A DNA stretch of 64,000 nucleotides. Origin: an uncultured Clostridia bacterium (GTDB lineage Bacteria; Bacillota; Clostridia; Christensenellales; UBA1242). Under the pieces are notes generated by a model. The model ran no database searches. It saw only the letters and a program-made list of their open reading frames with translations, and was not told where the DNA came from. A program made the position numbers and the translations under genes. Shown in pieces: positions 30,513 through 40,199 of the stretch (position 1 is the first letter of the stretch; every line of letters begins with the position of its first letter). Where the stretch lies: positions 15,171 through 79,170 of the forward strand of contig CALWQM010000005.1 of assembly GCA_944383685.1 (NCBI GenBank), in the 5' to 3' direction.

Positions 30513-31145
30513 ATGAACAAAGGATTTTTGGTCACCTTTGAGGGCGGTGAAGGATGTGGCAAAAGCACACAAATTAAATTGTTTATAAAATTTTTGGAAG
30601 AACAAAAATTGAACTTTATTTTGTCACGTGAGCCAGGTGGCTGTGTGCTTGGTGAAAAGATAAGAGCAATTCTTTTGCATTCAAAAGAAGACATGAGTGC
30701 TTTGAGTGAGTTTTTTCTTTTTTGCGCAAACAGGGCTGAACATGTGAAGGAAGTTATTAAACCTGCTCTTGAAGAAGGAAAAATTGTTGTGATTGATAGA
30801 TATTACGATTCTTCTTTGGCATATCAAGGTTATGCAGGTAATTTGGATATTAAAAAATTAAAAAACATAACTGCTTTTGCAACAGACAATGTTGTGCCAG
30901 ATTTAACTTTTCTTCTTGACATAAGTTATGAGGAGGGTTTTGGAAGAAAGGCGAAAGATGAAAACTTAAAAAATCTGGATAGAATTGAGCAAAGAGATAG
31001 GGCATATCATGAAAAAGTAAGACAAGGATATTTAAAACTTGCAAAAGAAGAACCAAATCGTTTTGTGGTTATTGACGCATCTAAAAGCCTTGAAGAAATA
31101 CACGAAGAAATTATTAAAATATTCTTAAAAAGAATAAAAAAATAA
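30513..31145 (+). CDS. tmk: Thymidylate (dTMP) kinase
   Basis: FEGGEGCGKST P-loop, REPGG, DRYYDSSLAYQG, PDLTFLLD. Confidence 0.96.
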   Translation: MNKGFLVTFEGGEGCGKSTQIKLFIKFLEEQKLNFILSREPGGCVLGEKIRAILLHSKEDMSALSEFFLFCANRAEHVKEVIKPALEEGKIVVIDRYYDSSLAYQGYAGNLDIKKLKNITAFATDNVVPDLTFLLDISYEEGFGRKAKDENLKNLDRIEQRDRAYHEKVRQGYLKLAKEEPNRFVVIDASKSLEEIHEEIIKIFLKRIKK

Positions 31146-31286
31146 ATAATTAAAAAATAAATAAAAATATTTTAAATAAAATTAAAATAAATTTATGAAA
31201 ATATTGTATATTCGTGTTAAAAAATATATGAAAAAATAAAATATAAATTAAAAAACACATTAATTAATTTTAATGTGTTTTATTTT

Positions 31287-31796
31287 TTATTCAAAAAATT
31301 CTTTTGGATATTCCACTGTGGCATTAAGTTTTTCCTTGTTATGATGTAAGCTTAAAGCCATAAAGTTTTTGCTTGGAACTTTGAAAGGTGAATTGATACC
31401 CAAATCTTTTGACGGTGAAAAACCAAATTTTGGATAATATTTTTCACTCCCAAGAACCACCACATAATTGTAGCCAAGTTCTTTTGCAATTTTAAGGCCC
31501 TGCCTAATTAATAATGTTCCAAGGCGCCTATGTTGATATTTTGGAAGAACAGCAAGTGGGGCGAGGGATAAGCCTTTTTCTTTGCCAATCTTGTTTTTTG
31601 TGAACATAATGTATGCAACAATTTCTCCTTCTTCTTCACAAACAAGGGAAAGTTCGTTGATGTATGCTTCACTTTTTCTTAAATTATTGACAAGGTTCTG
31701 TTCATTTCCATCACTATGTTCAGCCAATGAAAAGGCAATTTTTATTACATCATAAATTTGTTTAAAATCTTCCTCTTTTTCTTTTCTAATCTTCAT
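31287..31796 (-). CDS. GNAT N-acetyltransferase (YhbS-like)
   Basis: LAPLAVLPKYQHRRLG and VVVLGSEKYYPKFGF motifs. Confidence 0.88.
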   Translation of the reverse strand: MKIRKEKEEDFKQIYDVIKIAFSLAEHSDGNEQNLVNNLRKSEAYINELSLVCEEEGEIVAYIMFTKNKIGKEKGLSLAPLAVLPKYQHRRLGTLLIRQGLKIAKELGYNYVVVLGSEKYYPKFGFSPSKDLGINSPFKVPSKNFMALSLHHNKEKLNATVEYPKEFFE

Positions 31797-31808
31797 GCTT
31801 CCCTTCTA

Positions 31809-32507
31809 TTACAAACCAAAAAGCATGAAAAGTGCAAACATGATTTGAGCAAGATAATATGCAATATGGTTGATGTAGATGAATATTTTTTGGTCTTTTC
31901 CACCAAAGTATTGCATTGAAAGAATTAAATCTGAGAATAAGAATACCAACATACCTGCTGCAAATATCCAGAAGATTGGGTTGTATATTGCAACAAAAAC
32001 TGAATAGAAGAACATAAATGTTAAGATAATGCTGTATCCAATAACTGCCCATTTAACTTTTCCAAAATCCATTCCCATTTTCTTTGATGAAAATAATATT
32101 ACAAGAGTCATCAAAACTGCAAGCAAAAGTGCAACAGGAATTGCCCATGCAACACTTGCTTGGTTAGATTCAAGATTAATTAAAAGTGTTGCCACAAAGT
32201 AGAAAACATGTCCAACTGCGAAGGATGCTGTTCCAGAAAGGAAAAGTGCATCATTTTTTTCAGGATACATAACTTTGAGGTCAAGAATAATGTCGCCTGC
32301 AAGTCCGCAAATTAAACCAACCAAAATTAAAATTCCAATTGTTGAAAAACCATTAAGTTTTAATGCAATTATGCCTGAAAATATAAAACATAGAGAAGCC
32401 AAGGTTTTAAGTGTTAAAGAGTAAAAAGTTGCTTTTTGACTTCTAAACACACAAAAGACTATGCAAAAAATCATTGATAAAACTGCAAAAATTATACTTC
32501 CTATCAT
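31809..32507 (-). CDS. YhhN/TMEM86 family lysoplasmalogenase-like membrane protein
   Basis: Multi-TM; LKTLAS, GLAGDIILD, FAVGHVFY, FLFSDLIL and YYLAQ motifs typical of YhhN. Confidence 0.82.
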   Translation of the reverse strand: MIGSIIFAVLSMIFCIVFCVFRSQKATFYSLTLKTLASLCFIFSGIIALKLNGFSTIGILILVGLICGLAGDIILDLKVMYPEKNDALFLSGTASFAVGHVFYFVATLLINLESNQASVAWAIPVALLLAVLMTLVILFSSKKMGMDFGKVKWAVIGYSIILTFMFFYSVFVAIYNPIFWIFAAGMLVFLFSDLILSMQYFGGKDQKIFIYINHIAYYLAQIMFALFMLFGL

Positions 32508-32515
32508 ACTTCCTC

Positions 32516-33967
32516 CTAATCTTCATAAAAATTCAAAACATCTTGATATACTTCGTCTTTGTTGAGTTCGTTGAGAAGTTCATGTCTGCATTCTGGGTAA
32601 ATTTTACATCTTGAATCAATATTGTTACTTAAATATAATTTGTTTAACTTAACAACTTGTTTTCCACATGAACCAACTGGGTCTTTTGCACCTGCAATCA
32701 AGAAGATTTTCTTGTTGCCTATTTTGTTGATTCCTTTGTTAACTTTTTTCATGTTTGTTAACATGCTTTTATAGAAACCAAATGGGAAATTTCCACCACA
32801 ATATTCATCTTCTTTATATCTTTTGATTACTTCATTGTCTCTTGAAAGCCAGTTGCCATGTTCAAAGCCTTTGCCATATTTTTTAATGCTCATTTTTTCA
32901 ACAAGTCCGGCATTTGAATTGTCGTTTTTGAAAAGGGAAATAAGTTTTGCAAATGAGCCACCTGATTTCATTATTCCACTTGAACCATTTGCCGTTCCAC
33001 AAAGCACACATTTTTCAACTATATCTGTGTTTTGGATGATTGATTGACACACCATTGAACCATATGAATGCCCAAAGAGATAAACTGGGAGGTTGTAGGC
33101 ATCTTTGATTTTTTCTATCATAACAATTTCATCTTGCACAGTTTCTTGATATATATCATTTTCACCAAACCCAAACTTTTTATCTATTGCTGTGTGGCCA
33201 TGACCTCTTAAATCGTTTGCAATAACAATGTAGCCATGTTGATTTAAGAAGGTTGCAAATTCTTCATATCTGCCTGCGTGTTCTTGCATTCCATGCACAA
33301 TAAGCACAACCGCTTTTGCATTTTGAATTTTATCATAAACATAACTATAAAGTTTTAAATGGTGATAACCTTCAACCAGCAAAACATCATAAGGTTCTTC
33401 TTGTTTAATTTCCTTTGGAGTCTCTTCCTTTTTGCTTGATTTTGAAGTTTTTGCTTTTGTGATTGCTCTTGGTTTTGTAGCCTTTTTTTCACTTGATTTT
33501 GCAGCTTTCTTTGTTGCCACTTTTTTAGGGGTTTCTTTTTCTTCTTGCTTTGTTTCTTCTTTCAAGTCTTCTTGTTTTTCTTCAACAACTTTTTTATTTT
33601 TTTTGTTATCGGTTTTTTTTGCGGCTGTTTTTGAAGTTTTAGCCTTTGAAGCCTTTTTCTCCTCTGCTGCCATAGTTACATTTTCAGCAGTATTCAATGT
33701 TTCAACATTTTCCTTGTTTTCAACTATAATCTCTGCTTTTTCTTCTACCTTTTTGGTTGTTTTCTTTGCTGTCGTTTTTGGCTCAGCCTTCATGGCTTTT
33801 GAACTTTTGGTTGCACCTTTTGTTTTTGTTTCGGTTTTTGCCTTTTCAGTTGTCTTTTTCGTTGTTGCAGGTTTTTTGTTAGTTGTCACCTTTTTTTCGG
33901 TTTCAGTTTTTTTGGTTGTCTTTTTAGCACTTTCTTTTTTTGGCTTTTGTTCTTCCAATTCTTCCAT
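32516..33967 (-). CDS. Alpha/beta hydrolase (PldB/monoacylglycerol lipase-type lysophospholipase) with long Lys/Thr/Glu-rich N-terminal extension
   Basis: HGMQEH, DLRGHG, GHSYG nucleophile elbow, KDPV, RHELLNE. Start moved to ATG 33967 behind RBS ggaggg. Confidence 0.85.
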   Translation of the reverse strand: MEELEEQKPKKESAKKTTKKTETEKKVTTNKKPATTKKTTEKAKTETKTKGATKSSKAMKAEPKTTAKKTTKKVEEKAEIIVENKENVETLNTAENVTMAAEEKKASKAKTSKTAAKKTDNKKNKKVVEEKQEDLKEETKQEEKETPKKVATKKAAKSSEKKATKPRAITKAKTSKSSKKEETPKEIKQEEPYDVLLVEGYHHLKLYSYVYDKIQNAKAVVLIVHGMQEHAGRYEEFATFLNQHGYIVIANDLRGHGHTAIDKKFGFGENDIYQETVQDEIVMIEKIKDAYNLPVYLFGHSYGSMVCQSIIQNTDIVEKCVLCGTANGSSGIMKSGGSFAKLISLFKNDNSNAGLVEKMSIKKYGKGFEHGNWLSRDNEVIKRYKEDEYCGGNFPFGFYKSMLTNMKKVNKGINKIGNKKIFLIAGAKDPVGSCGKQVVKLNKLYLSNNIDSRCKIYPECRHELLNELNKDEVYQDVLNFYED

Positions 33968-33977
33968 TTTTCCCTCC

Positions 33978-35432
33978 TTAAACTTTTTTAACGGCTTTTT
34001 GCCAGCCATCATAATATTTTTTTCTTTGCGCTTCTGTCATTTTAGGACAAAAGACTTCTTTTCCACTTGTCAGTTTTTTAATTTTTTGCTTGTCAATTAG
34101 GTCAAGAGATAGCATTGCCACAAAGATTGTTCCCATCACGGTTGCTTCAATGTTTTTGCTTCTCACCACATCATGATTAAGCATATCAGCTAAAAATTGC
34201 AATAGGAAGTCGTTGTTGCTTCCTCCGCCATCTGCCGAGATGATGGAAAATTTGTGACCATCTTTTCGCATCTCATCAAAAACAGCTTTGGTGTTGTATG
34301 CCATACTTTCCAGCATTGCACGAACAATATGTTCTTTTTTTGTTGAGAAGGTAATTCCTGAAATCTCCCCACGAGCATCATTGTTCCAATAAGGTGCTCC
34401 AAGCCCAGTGAAGGCGGGAACAAAATAAACTCCATCATTATCTTCAAGGGATGAAGCCATGTGACTTGTTTCACGCACTTCATCAAAAAGGTTAAGGTTA
34501 TGTTTCAAAAAGTTAAGTCCACTGCAAGCACTGTAAATGCTTCCTTCAACGGCATATTCTGTTTTGCCATTTAATGTTGAAGCCACAGTGAGCAAAAGTT
34601 TTTCTGGCTTTTTGTCAATTTTTTCACCAATATTTGTGAGTATAAAGCCACCAGTTCCATAAGTCACTTTTGTGCTTCCGTAATCTATTGCACCTTGTCC
34701 AATCATGCTTGATTGTTGGTCGCCAATCATGGAGCAAAGTGGTGCATCAAAGAATTTTTTGCAAAATCCAAATTTAGCATCACTCGGCATGATTTTTGGC
34801 AAACTCTCTTTTGGAATTTTGAAAAAGTTTAAAAGTTCATCGTCCCAATCAAGAGTTTTAATGTTCATAAGCATTGTTCTGCTTGCATTTGTGGTGTCGG
34901 TAACAAAATTTCCTGTTAGGTTATATGCCAAGAATGAGTCAATTGTTCCAAAACAAAGGTCACCACTTTTTGCAAGTTTTTTCGCATCCTTAACATTATC
35001 TAAAATCCATTTCATTTTGGATGCACTGAAATATGGGTCAGGGATAAGCCCTGTTTTTTCTTTTATCATTTCCTTAACAGAAAGAGGCAAAGATTTTATA
35101 TATTTTGTTGTTCTTCTGCATTGCCAAACAATGGCATGATAAATTGGCTTTTTTGTTTTTCTATCCCATGCAACAACAGTTTCCCTTTGGTTTGTTATTC
35201 CAACACCGCATAGTTCACCTTTTTGAACTTTGTTTCTGGTTAAAACTGTTTTTGATGTGGAAAGAATGGCATTAAGAATTTCCAAAGCATCTTGTTCAAC
35301 ATATCCACTTTCAGGATAAAACTGTTTGAAGGTTTTGTTTTGAATATCAACAATTTGATGTTTATCAATATCATAAAGGACACTTCTTGCACTGGTTGTG
35401 CCTTCGTCGAGCCCCAAAATAAATCTTCTCAT
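33978..35432 (-). CDS. glpK: Glycerol kinase
   Basis: DEGTTSAR, GITNQRET, AIVWQCRRT, DTTNASRT, GDQQ, TYGTG, VPAFTGLGAPYW. Start ATG 35432 with RBS ggag. Confidence 0.95.
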   Translation of the reverse strand: MRRFILGLDEGTTSARSVLYDIDKHQIVDIQNKTFKQFYPESGYVEQDALEILNAILSTSKTVLTRNKVQKGELCGVGITNQRETVVAWDRKTKKPIYHAIVWQCRRTTKYIKSLPLSVKEMIKEKTGLIPDPYFSASKMKWILDNVKDAKKLAKSGDLCFGTIDSFLAYNLTGNFVTDTTNASRTMLMNIKTLDWDDELLNFFKIPKESLPKIMPSDAKFGFCKKFFDAPLCSMIGDQQSSMIGQGAIDYGSTKVTYGTGGFILTNIGEKIDKKPEKLLLTVASTLNGKTEYAVEGSIYSACSGLNFLKHNLNLFDEVRETSHMASSLEDNDGVYFVPAFTGLGAPYWNNDARGEISGITFSTKKEHIVRAMLESMAYNTKAVFDEMRKDGHKFSIISADGGGSNNDFLLQFLADMLNHDVVRSKNIEATVMGTIFVAMLSLDLIDKQKIKKLTSGKEVFCPKMTEAQRKKYYDGWQKAVKKV

Positions 35433-35507
35433 AATGCTCCTTTTCAATAAGTATTTTAGCACAATTAAAAAAAATTAGGAAACAAATTGCTTATCTTTTT
35501 GTTTTAA

Positions 35508-35536
35508 TTGACAAAGAATTTTTAAAAAAGTAAAAT
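35508..35536 (+). promoter_or_regulatory. SigA-type promoter for the G3P dehydrogenase operon
   Basis: TTGACA-N17-TAAAAT. Confidence 0.7.
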
Positions 35537-35589
35537 TATTTATGATAACAAGAACAACAGAAGTATTCTTTATAAGAAAGGGAGAGTTA

Positions 35590-37005
35590 ATGAAAGAATT
35601 TTATGATGTTGCCGTGATTGGTGGTGGCGTTGTTGGGTGCTCAGTTTTCAACAAACTTATCCGCCTTGGAAAAAGTGTTGTGCTGATTGATAAAGCAGCA
35701 GATGTTGCAACAGGTGCAAGCAAGGCAAACAGTGGGCTTATTCATGCAGGGTATGACCCAGCGCCAAACACTTTGAAAGCAAAACTTAATGTTGAAGGGA
35801 GTAAACTTTATCCTTCAATTTGCAAAAGATTGAGTGTTCCTTTAAAAACAGTGGGAGCACTTGTTGTTGGTGACGACATTGAAAAAATCAAAAATTTGCA
35901 TGAAAGAGGGATAACAAACGGGGTTGAAGGGCTTTCTATTTTAAGTAGGAAAGAACTTCTTAAAATTATTCCAGATCTTCAAGAGCATATAACCTGTGGA
36001 CTTCAAGCAAAGACTGCCGCACTTATAAGCCCATATTATTTCACAATTTCAATTTGTGATGAGGGAATATTAAATGGCGGAGAAGTTTATCTTGAACAAG
36101 ACATAAAAAGTGTTAAGAAAGAAAAGGAATATTTTGTTATTAAAACAGAAAACAATGTTTTTAAAGTTAAAAATGTTGTCAACAGTGCTGGGGCTGGCTA
36201 TAATGATGTGGCAAAACTTCTTGGCAGTGAAAGTTATGACATTAAATTTGCACGAGGAGAGTATTTTGTCTTTTCAAAGACTTCAACCACCAAAGTTCCT
36301 TGCACAATTTTTCCTTTGCCAACTGCAAGAGGTAAAGGCGTGCTTTTAACCCCAACAGTGGATGGAAATTATCTTGTTGGTCCAACAAGCATTGAAAGTG
36401 ATGACAGAACTGTCACAACAGATGCTGGACTTAATGAGATTAAAGAAAAGGCAAAACTCATTTTAAAAGATGTCAATTTCAAAAATGCTATAAGGGAGTT
36501 TTCTGGAATAAGGACAATTTGTGGTGATGACTTCATTATTGAGAAAAGCAAAAAGAGGAAAGGGGTTGTCAACCTTGCTGGAATTTGTTCGCCAGGGCTT
36601 TCAAGCGCACCTGCCATTGCAAATATGGTGGCAAAGCTTTTGGGATATAATGAAGAAGAAAGAAAAAATTTAAAGAAACTTAAACCATATAAGATGTTTA
36701 AGGACATGACCCAAGAAGAACAACAAAAAGTGCTTAAAAAAGATAAAAATTATGGACAAGTTGTTTGTAAGTGTGAAAAGATAACAAGAGGGGATATTAT
36801 TCAGGCTCTTAACAGACCTCTTAAAATTCGTTCTGTGGACGGTGTGAAAAGAAGGACAAATGCTGGCATGGGAATTTGCCAAGGCGGTTTTTGTTTCACA
36901 AAAGTTGTCAATTTAATTAAAGAGCAAAGAAAGATTAGATATGAAGATGTTTTGAAAGAAAACCGTGGAAGCGAAGTTGCTCTTGGTGACATAAGAGAGG
37001 TGTAA
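35590..37005 (+). CDS. FAD-dependent glycerol-3-phosphate dehydrogenase-like subunit (GlpA/LhgO family) with C-terminal BFD-like [2Fe-2S] domain
   Basis: GGGVVG, ASKANSGLIHAG, GICSPGLSSAPAIA, CKCE...RTNAGMGICQGGFC; divergent from glpK. Confidence 0.85.
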   Translation: MKEFYDVAVIGGGVVGCSVFNKLIRLGKSVVLIDKAADVATGASKANSGLIHAGYDPAPNTLKAKLNVEGSKLYPSICKRLSVPLKTVGALVVGDDIEKIKNLHERGITNGVEGLSILSRKELLKIIPDLQEHITCGLQAKTAALISPYYFTISICDEGILNGGEVYLEQDIKSVKKEKEYFVIKTENNVFKVKNVVNSAGAGYNDVAKLLGSESYDIKFARGEYFVFSKTSTTKVPCTIFPLPTARGKGVLLTPTVDGNYLVGPTSIESDDRTVTTDAGLNEIKEKAKLILKDVNFKNAIREFSGIRTICGDDFIIEKSKKRKGVVNLAGICSPGLSSAPAIANMVAKLLGYNEEERKNLKKLKPYKMFKDMTQEEQQKVLKKDKNYGQVVCKCEKITRGDIIQALNRPLKIRSVDGVKRRTNAGMGICQGGFCFTKVVNLIKEQRKIRYEDVLKENRGSEVALGDIREV

Positions 37006-37006
37006 G

Positions 37007-38224
37007 ATGAGAACAGATGTTTTGGTTATTGGCGGTGGCCCAGCTGGCATGAGTGCAGCCCTTTCTGCTTCGCAAAATGGAAGCAAAGTTGTTATTGTGG
37101 AGAGAGATGCAATTTTGGGCGGAATATTAAATCAGTGCATTCACAATGGCTTTGGGCTACATTATTTTAATGAAGAATTAACTGGACCTGAGTTTGCTCA
37201 TCGTTTCAGGAAAATGGTGGAAGCGGACAAAAACATCAAGGTCTTAACAAACACCTTGGTAACAGAGTTTAAAAATAAAAAAGTTGTTGTTATGGGAGCC
37301 AATGGAACAGAAGAAATCTCTTGCAAGGCATGTGTTATTGCCATGGGTTGCAGAGAGAGAACTGCTGGCAACATTTCTTTAAATGGAACTCGACCAATGG
37401 GGGTGCTTACTGCTGGAACTGCACAAAAAATGGTGAATATTGACGGCAAAATGGTGGGCAAAGATATTGTGATTTTAGGAAGCGGAGATATTGGGCTTAT
37501 CATGGCAAGAAGATTGACTCTTGAAGGAGCAAAAGTGCATGCCGTCCTTGAGATCAACCCAACAAGCAGTGGGCTTCGCAGAAATATTTTGCAGTGCTTA
37601 GATGATTTTAACATTCCACTTTTATATAACACAACAATCTTTGAAGTTGTTGGCAAAGATAGAGTTGAAGGTATTTACTATGGGCAAGTGGATGAACATT
37701 TTAACCACATTGAAAGCACAAGAAAATTTTTGAAATGTGACACAGTCATTTTGTCGGTTGGGCTTATCCCAGAAATGCAATATCTTCAAGATGTGCCAAT
37801 CAACCCAAAAACAAATGGTGCTTTTGTTAACGAGCATTATCAAACAAACAAGCCTTGGCTCTTTTCATGTGGAAATATTTTACATGTGCATGACCTTGTG
37901 GATAATGTGGCACTTGAAGGGAAACAAGTTGGACTTTTTGCAAGTTTGTATGCAAAACAACAACTTAATGAAGGAAATTTGATTAAGGTAAGCCATTCAC
38001 AAGATTTTGCTTACATTTTGCCTTACACACTTTTTGAAGGGGAAGAAGATGTTGAAATGAAATTTCGCTTGAAGAACAAAATTGTAAGAAAATGGATAGT
38101 TGCAAAAAGCCAAGGAAAAGAAATTGCCAAAAAATTTGTGCTTGCTGGTGTGCCTGGTGAAATGATGACCTTTACTCTTTCAAAGAAAGATGTCAAAGGT
38201 GAATTGACGTTTGTGGTTCAGTGA
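37007..38224 (+). CDS. FAD/NAD(P)-dependent oxidoreductase (partner subunit of the G3P dehydrogenase-type operon)
   Basis: GGGPAG, GGILNQCIHNGFG, AMGCRER, GSGDIG, CGNILHVHDLVD. Confidence 0.85.
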   Translation: MRTDVLVIGGGPAGMSAALSASQNGSKVVIVERDAILGGILNQCIHNGFGLHYFNEELTGPEFAHRFRKMVEADKNIKVLTNTLVTEFKNKKVVVMGANGTEEISCKACVIAMGCRERTAGNISLNGTRPMGVLTAGTAQKMVNIDGKMVGKDIVILGSGDIGLIMARRLTLEGAKVHAVLEINPTSSGLRRNILQCLDDFNIPLLYNTTIFEVVGKDRVEGIYYGQVDEHFNHIESTRKFLKCDTVILSVGLIPEMQYLQDVPINPKTNGAFVNEHYQTNKPWLFSCGNILHVHDLVDNVALEGKQVGLFASLYAKQQLNEGNLIKVSHSQDFAYILPYTLFEGEEDVEMKFRLKNKIVRKWIVAKSQGKEIAKKFVLAGVPGEMMTFTLSKKDVKGELTFVVQ

Positions 38225-38231
38225 GGTGAGT

Positions 38232-38573
38232 ATGGAAAAAAGAGAAATGACATGTATCATGTGTCCACTTGGTTGCAGTTTGGTGGTGACAAAAGATGGC
38301 GACAAAATTGAAGTCACTGGCAACAACTGTCAAAGGGGAGTTATTTTTGCAAAAGAAGAGCTTACCTGCCCAATGCGCATTGTGACAAGTTCTGTGAAAA
38401 CTGCTGAGGGAGTAAGAGCTTGCAAAACCAGCAAACCAGTTCCAAAAGCAATGATTTTTGATGTCATGAAAGAAATTGAAAAACTAAGGCTTAAAAAGGT
38501 TAAGTTTGGAGATGTTGTTATTCATAATGTGCTTAACACTGGTGCAGACATAGTGATAACAGCAAATGAATAA
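38232..38573 (+). CDS. DUF1667 family CxxC metal-binding protein
   Basis: TCIMCPLGC ... GNNCQRG ... P.RIVTSSV; usual third gene of this triad; RBS gaggtg. Confidence 0.85.
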   Translation: MEKREMTCIMCPLGCSLVVTKDGDKIEVTGNNCQRGVIFAKEELTCPMRIVTSSVKTAEGVRACKTSKPVPKAMIFDVMKEIEKLRLKKVKFGDVVIHNVLNTGADIVITANE

Positions 38574-38601
38574 ATATAAAAGGGTAATTAAAAAAGCCAC
38601 G

Positions 38602-38630
38602 TTGACTTTTAAAGCATTTTGTGATATAAA
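38602..38630 (+). promoter_or_regulatory. SigA promoter with extended -10, probably producing a leaderless mRNA
   Basis: TTGACT-N17-TATAAA with TG at 38622-38623; ATG 38637 starts 7 nt after the -10 box and there is no SD. Confidence 0.65.
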
Positions 38631-38636
38631 CAAAAT

Positions 38637-39173
38637 ATGTTTGAAGAAGAAATAAGTTTAAAAAATCAAGAAGTTGTTTTTGTTAGCCTTATCAAAACAA
38701 AGGATAACTATATTTTCAGTGCCGTAACAAAAACAGGTGAGATTGTTGGAAAATGTGTTTTTGAAATTTGCACCCTTGAAGTTATACCTTTTAAAAATGG
38801 TCAAGATAAATTTTTGCTTAAAGAGAAGGATGAATTTAACGGAAATATATCTTCAAAAATTGTTAACTTAGATTTTTTAAAAGCAAATAATATTAAAGTT
38901 AATTCAAAAATAAATATTTGTAAATTAAATCAAATTGAAATTTCAAATGAAAAGTTTTTCAAGGTTGGGCTTGGAACAACACTTGTTAAGAGAATGGAAA
39001 AGTTTGCGATTTCAAAAAATTGTAATGAGATTTATGGTTGGTTTTATCCCAATGGAAATTTTTGGCACGGAGCAAGCACTTTTTATTCAAAAAATGGTTT
39101 TTCTTTTAAGAAAGATGAAAACAATATGACAATCATTACAAAAAACATTTCAAAAGTGAATGTTAAAGAATAA
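38637..39173 (+). CDS. GNAT-fold-like hypothetical protein
   Basis: KFFKVGLGTTLVKRMEKFA and ASTFYSKNGF resemble GNAT motifs A and B. Confidence 0.6.
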   Translation: MFEEEISLKNQEVVFVSLIKTKDNYIFSAVTKTGEIVGKCVFEICTLEVIPFKNGQDKFLLKEKDEFNGNISSKIVNLDFLKANNIKVNSKINICKLNQIEISNEKFFKVGLGTTLVKRMEKFAISKNCNEIYGWFYPNGNFWHGASTFYSKNGFSFKKDENNMTIITKNISKVNVKE

Positions 39174-39180
39174 AAAATAA

Positions 39181-39212
39181 AAAAAGGACCTTAATTTAAA
39201 GGTTCTTTTTTT
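39181..39212. terminator. Bidirectional terminator between convergent genes
   Basis: aaaaaggacctt...aaggttcttttt. Confidence 0.7.
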
Positions 39213-39230
39213 AATTGAAATTTATAATTT

Positions 39231-40040
39231 TTAGGATGTAAATTCATTGTCACGCAAACAGTTCATAATTATATTAAAACTTTTGTCTTCTTTCTTCATT
39301 TTAACTTTGTCAATTATATAGAAAGGCATGATGCTGACAAGCGCAATAACTCCCACCAAAATGACGTAATCAAGAAGATATGAATACTCCCAATTTAAGA
39401 AGGCAAAGATGTCAAAAGGAAGCCCATTTTCCATAAGATATAAATAGTTTGCATCTTCCACCAATAAGTTTCCAATCATTGACCAACAAGCAATAAGGAA
39501 AATACCTAAAAATGCCTGCCAAAAATCTTTAACTCTAACTTTGTAATAGCCAGTTGCAATGCAAGCCATAACCACTGTTGGCATAATGAAATGAAGAAGT
39601 AAACTTTCAATATGAAGGAAGGATAAAGTTAAAAGGTAATAATAATCACCAAAAAGGAAGGTTAAAAAACCACCAAAGAATGTGACTGTTAAGATTGCAA
39701 GAAACCCCTTTTTAATTTTGAATAGGTAAAAAATTGGAAAAACAAAACTCATAAGGTGACATAGGTGCCAAGGCAAAACTTCCACAAAGGTTTGTTTACC
39801 ACTGATAAGTAAAAGTGCCATTCTAAAAATTCTAAAAAACACCATCACAAAGCAAAGCACAGTTGTAAGTTTAAGGGCAAAGTTTTTATATTTTTTGAAA
39901 AGAAAAAATGAGCCGACAATCCAAGCAATAAGAAGGACAAGTAAAGTGATGTGCAAAGGACACCAATGCCCAGGACCATCTCCCATCACTTCGGTGTTTT
40001 CAACAAGCCAATCATAGAAAGTGAAAACAGCATTTAACAT
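39231..40040 (-). CDS. YwaF/TMEM164-related integral membrane protein (paralog 1)
   Basis: Multi-TM; HITLL, LPWHLCH, SLLLH, ANYLYL. Confidence 0.78.
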   Translation of the reverse strand: MLNAVFTFYDWLVENTEVMGDGPGHWCPLHITLLVLLIAWIVGSFFLFKKYKNFALKLTTVLCFVMVFFRIFRMALLLISGKQTFVEVLPWHLCHLMSFVFPIFYLFKIKKGFLAILTVTFFGGFLTFLFGDYYYLLTLSFLHIESLLLHFIMPTVVMACIATGYYKVRVKDFWQAFLGIFLIACWSMIGNLLVEDANYLYLMENGLPFDIFAFLNWEYSYLLDYVILVGVIALVSIMPFYIIDKVKMKKEDKSFNIIMNCLRDNEFTS

Positions 40041-40199
40041 CTTATCTCTCCAAAAGTATATTTATCTGCCAAATAAAATATAACAAAAATAAAAGTTGTT
40101 TAAATTATTATACTTTTAATGACAAAAAAAGTAAAGAAAAAGGTAAAATCATTTTCTTATTTTTAAATTACATGATATAATCTTTTTGAGGTATCAAAA

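Noticed and set aside
33432-34100. 222-aa Phe/Val-rich plus-strand ORF resembling a membrane protein (likewise 45444-45797 and 60201-60410)
   Set aside because: Antisense mirror of Lys/Glu-rich (AAA/GAA) coding sequence on the other strand
37897-37905. Third TGTGGATAA DnaA box
   Set aside because: Inside a conserved coding motif (DLVDN); most likely coincidental
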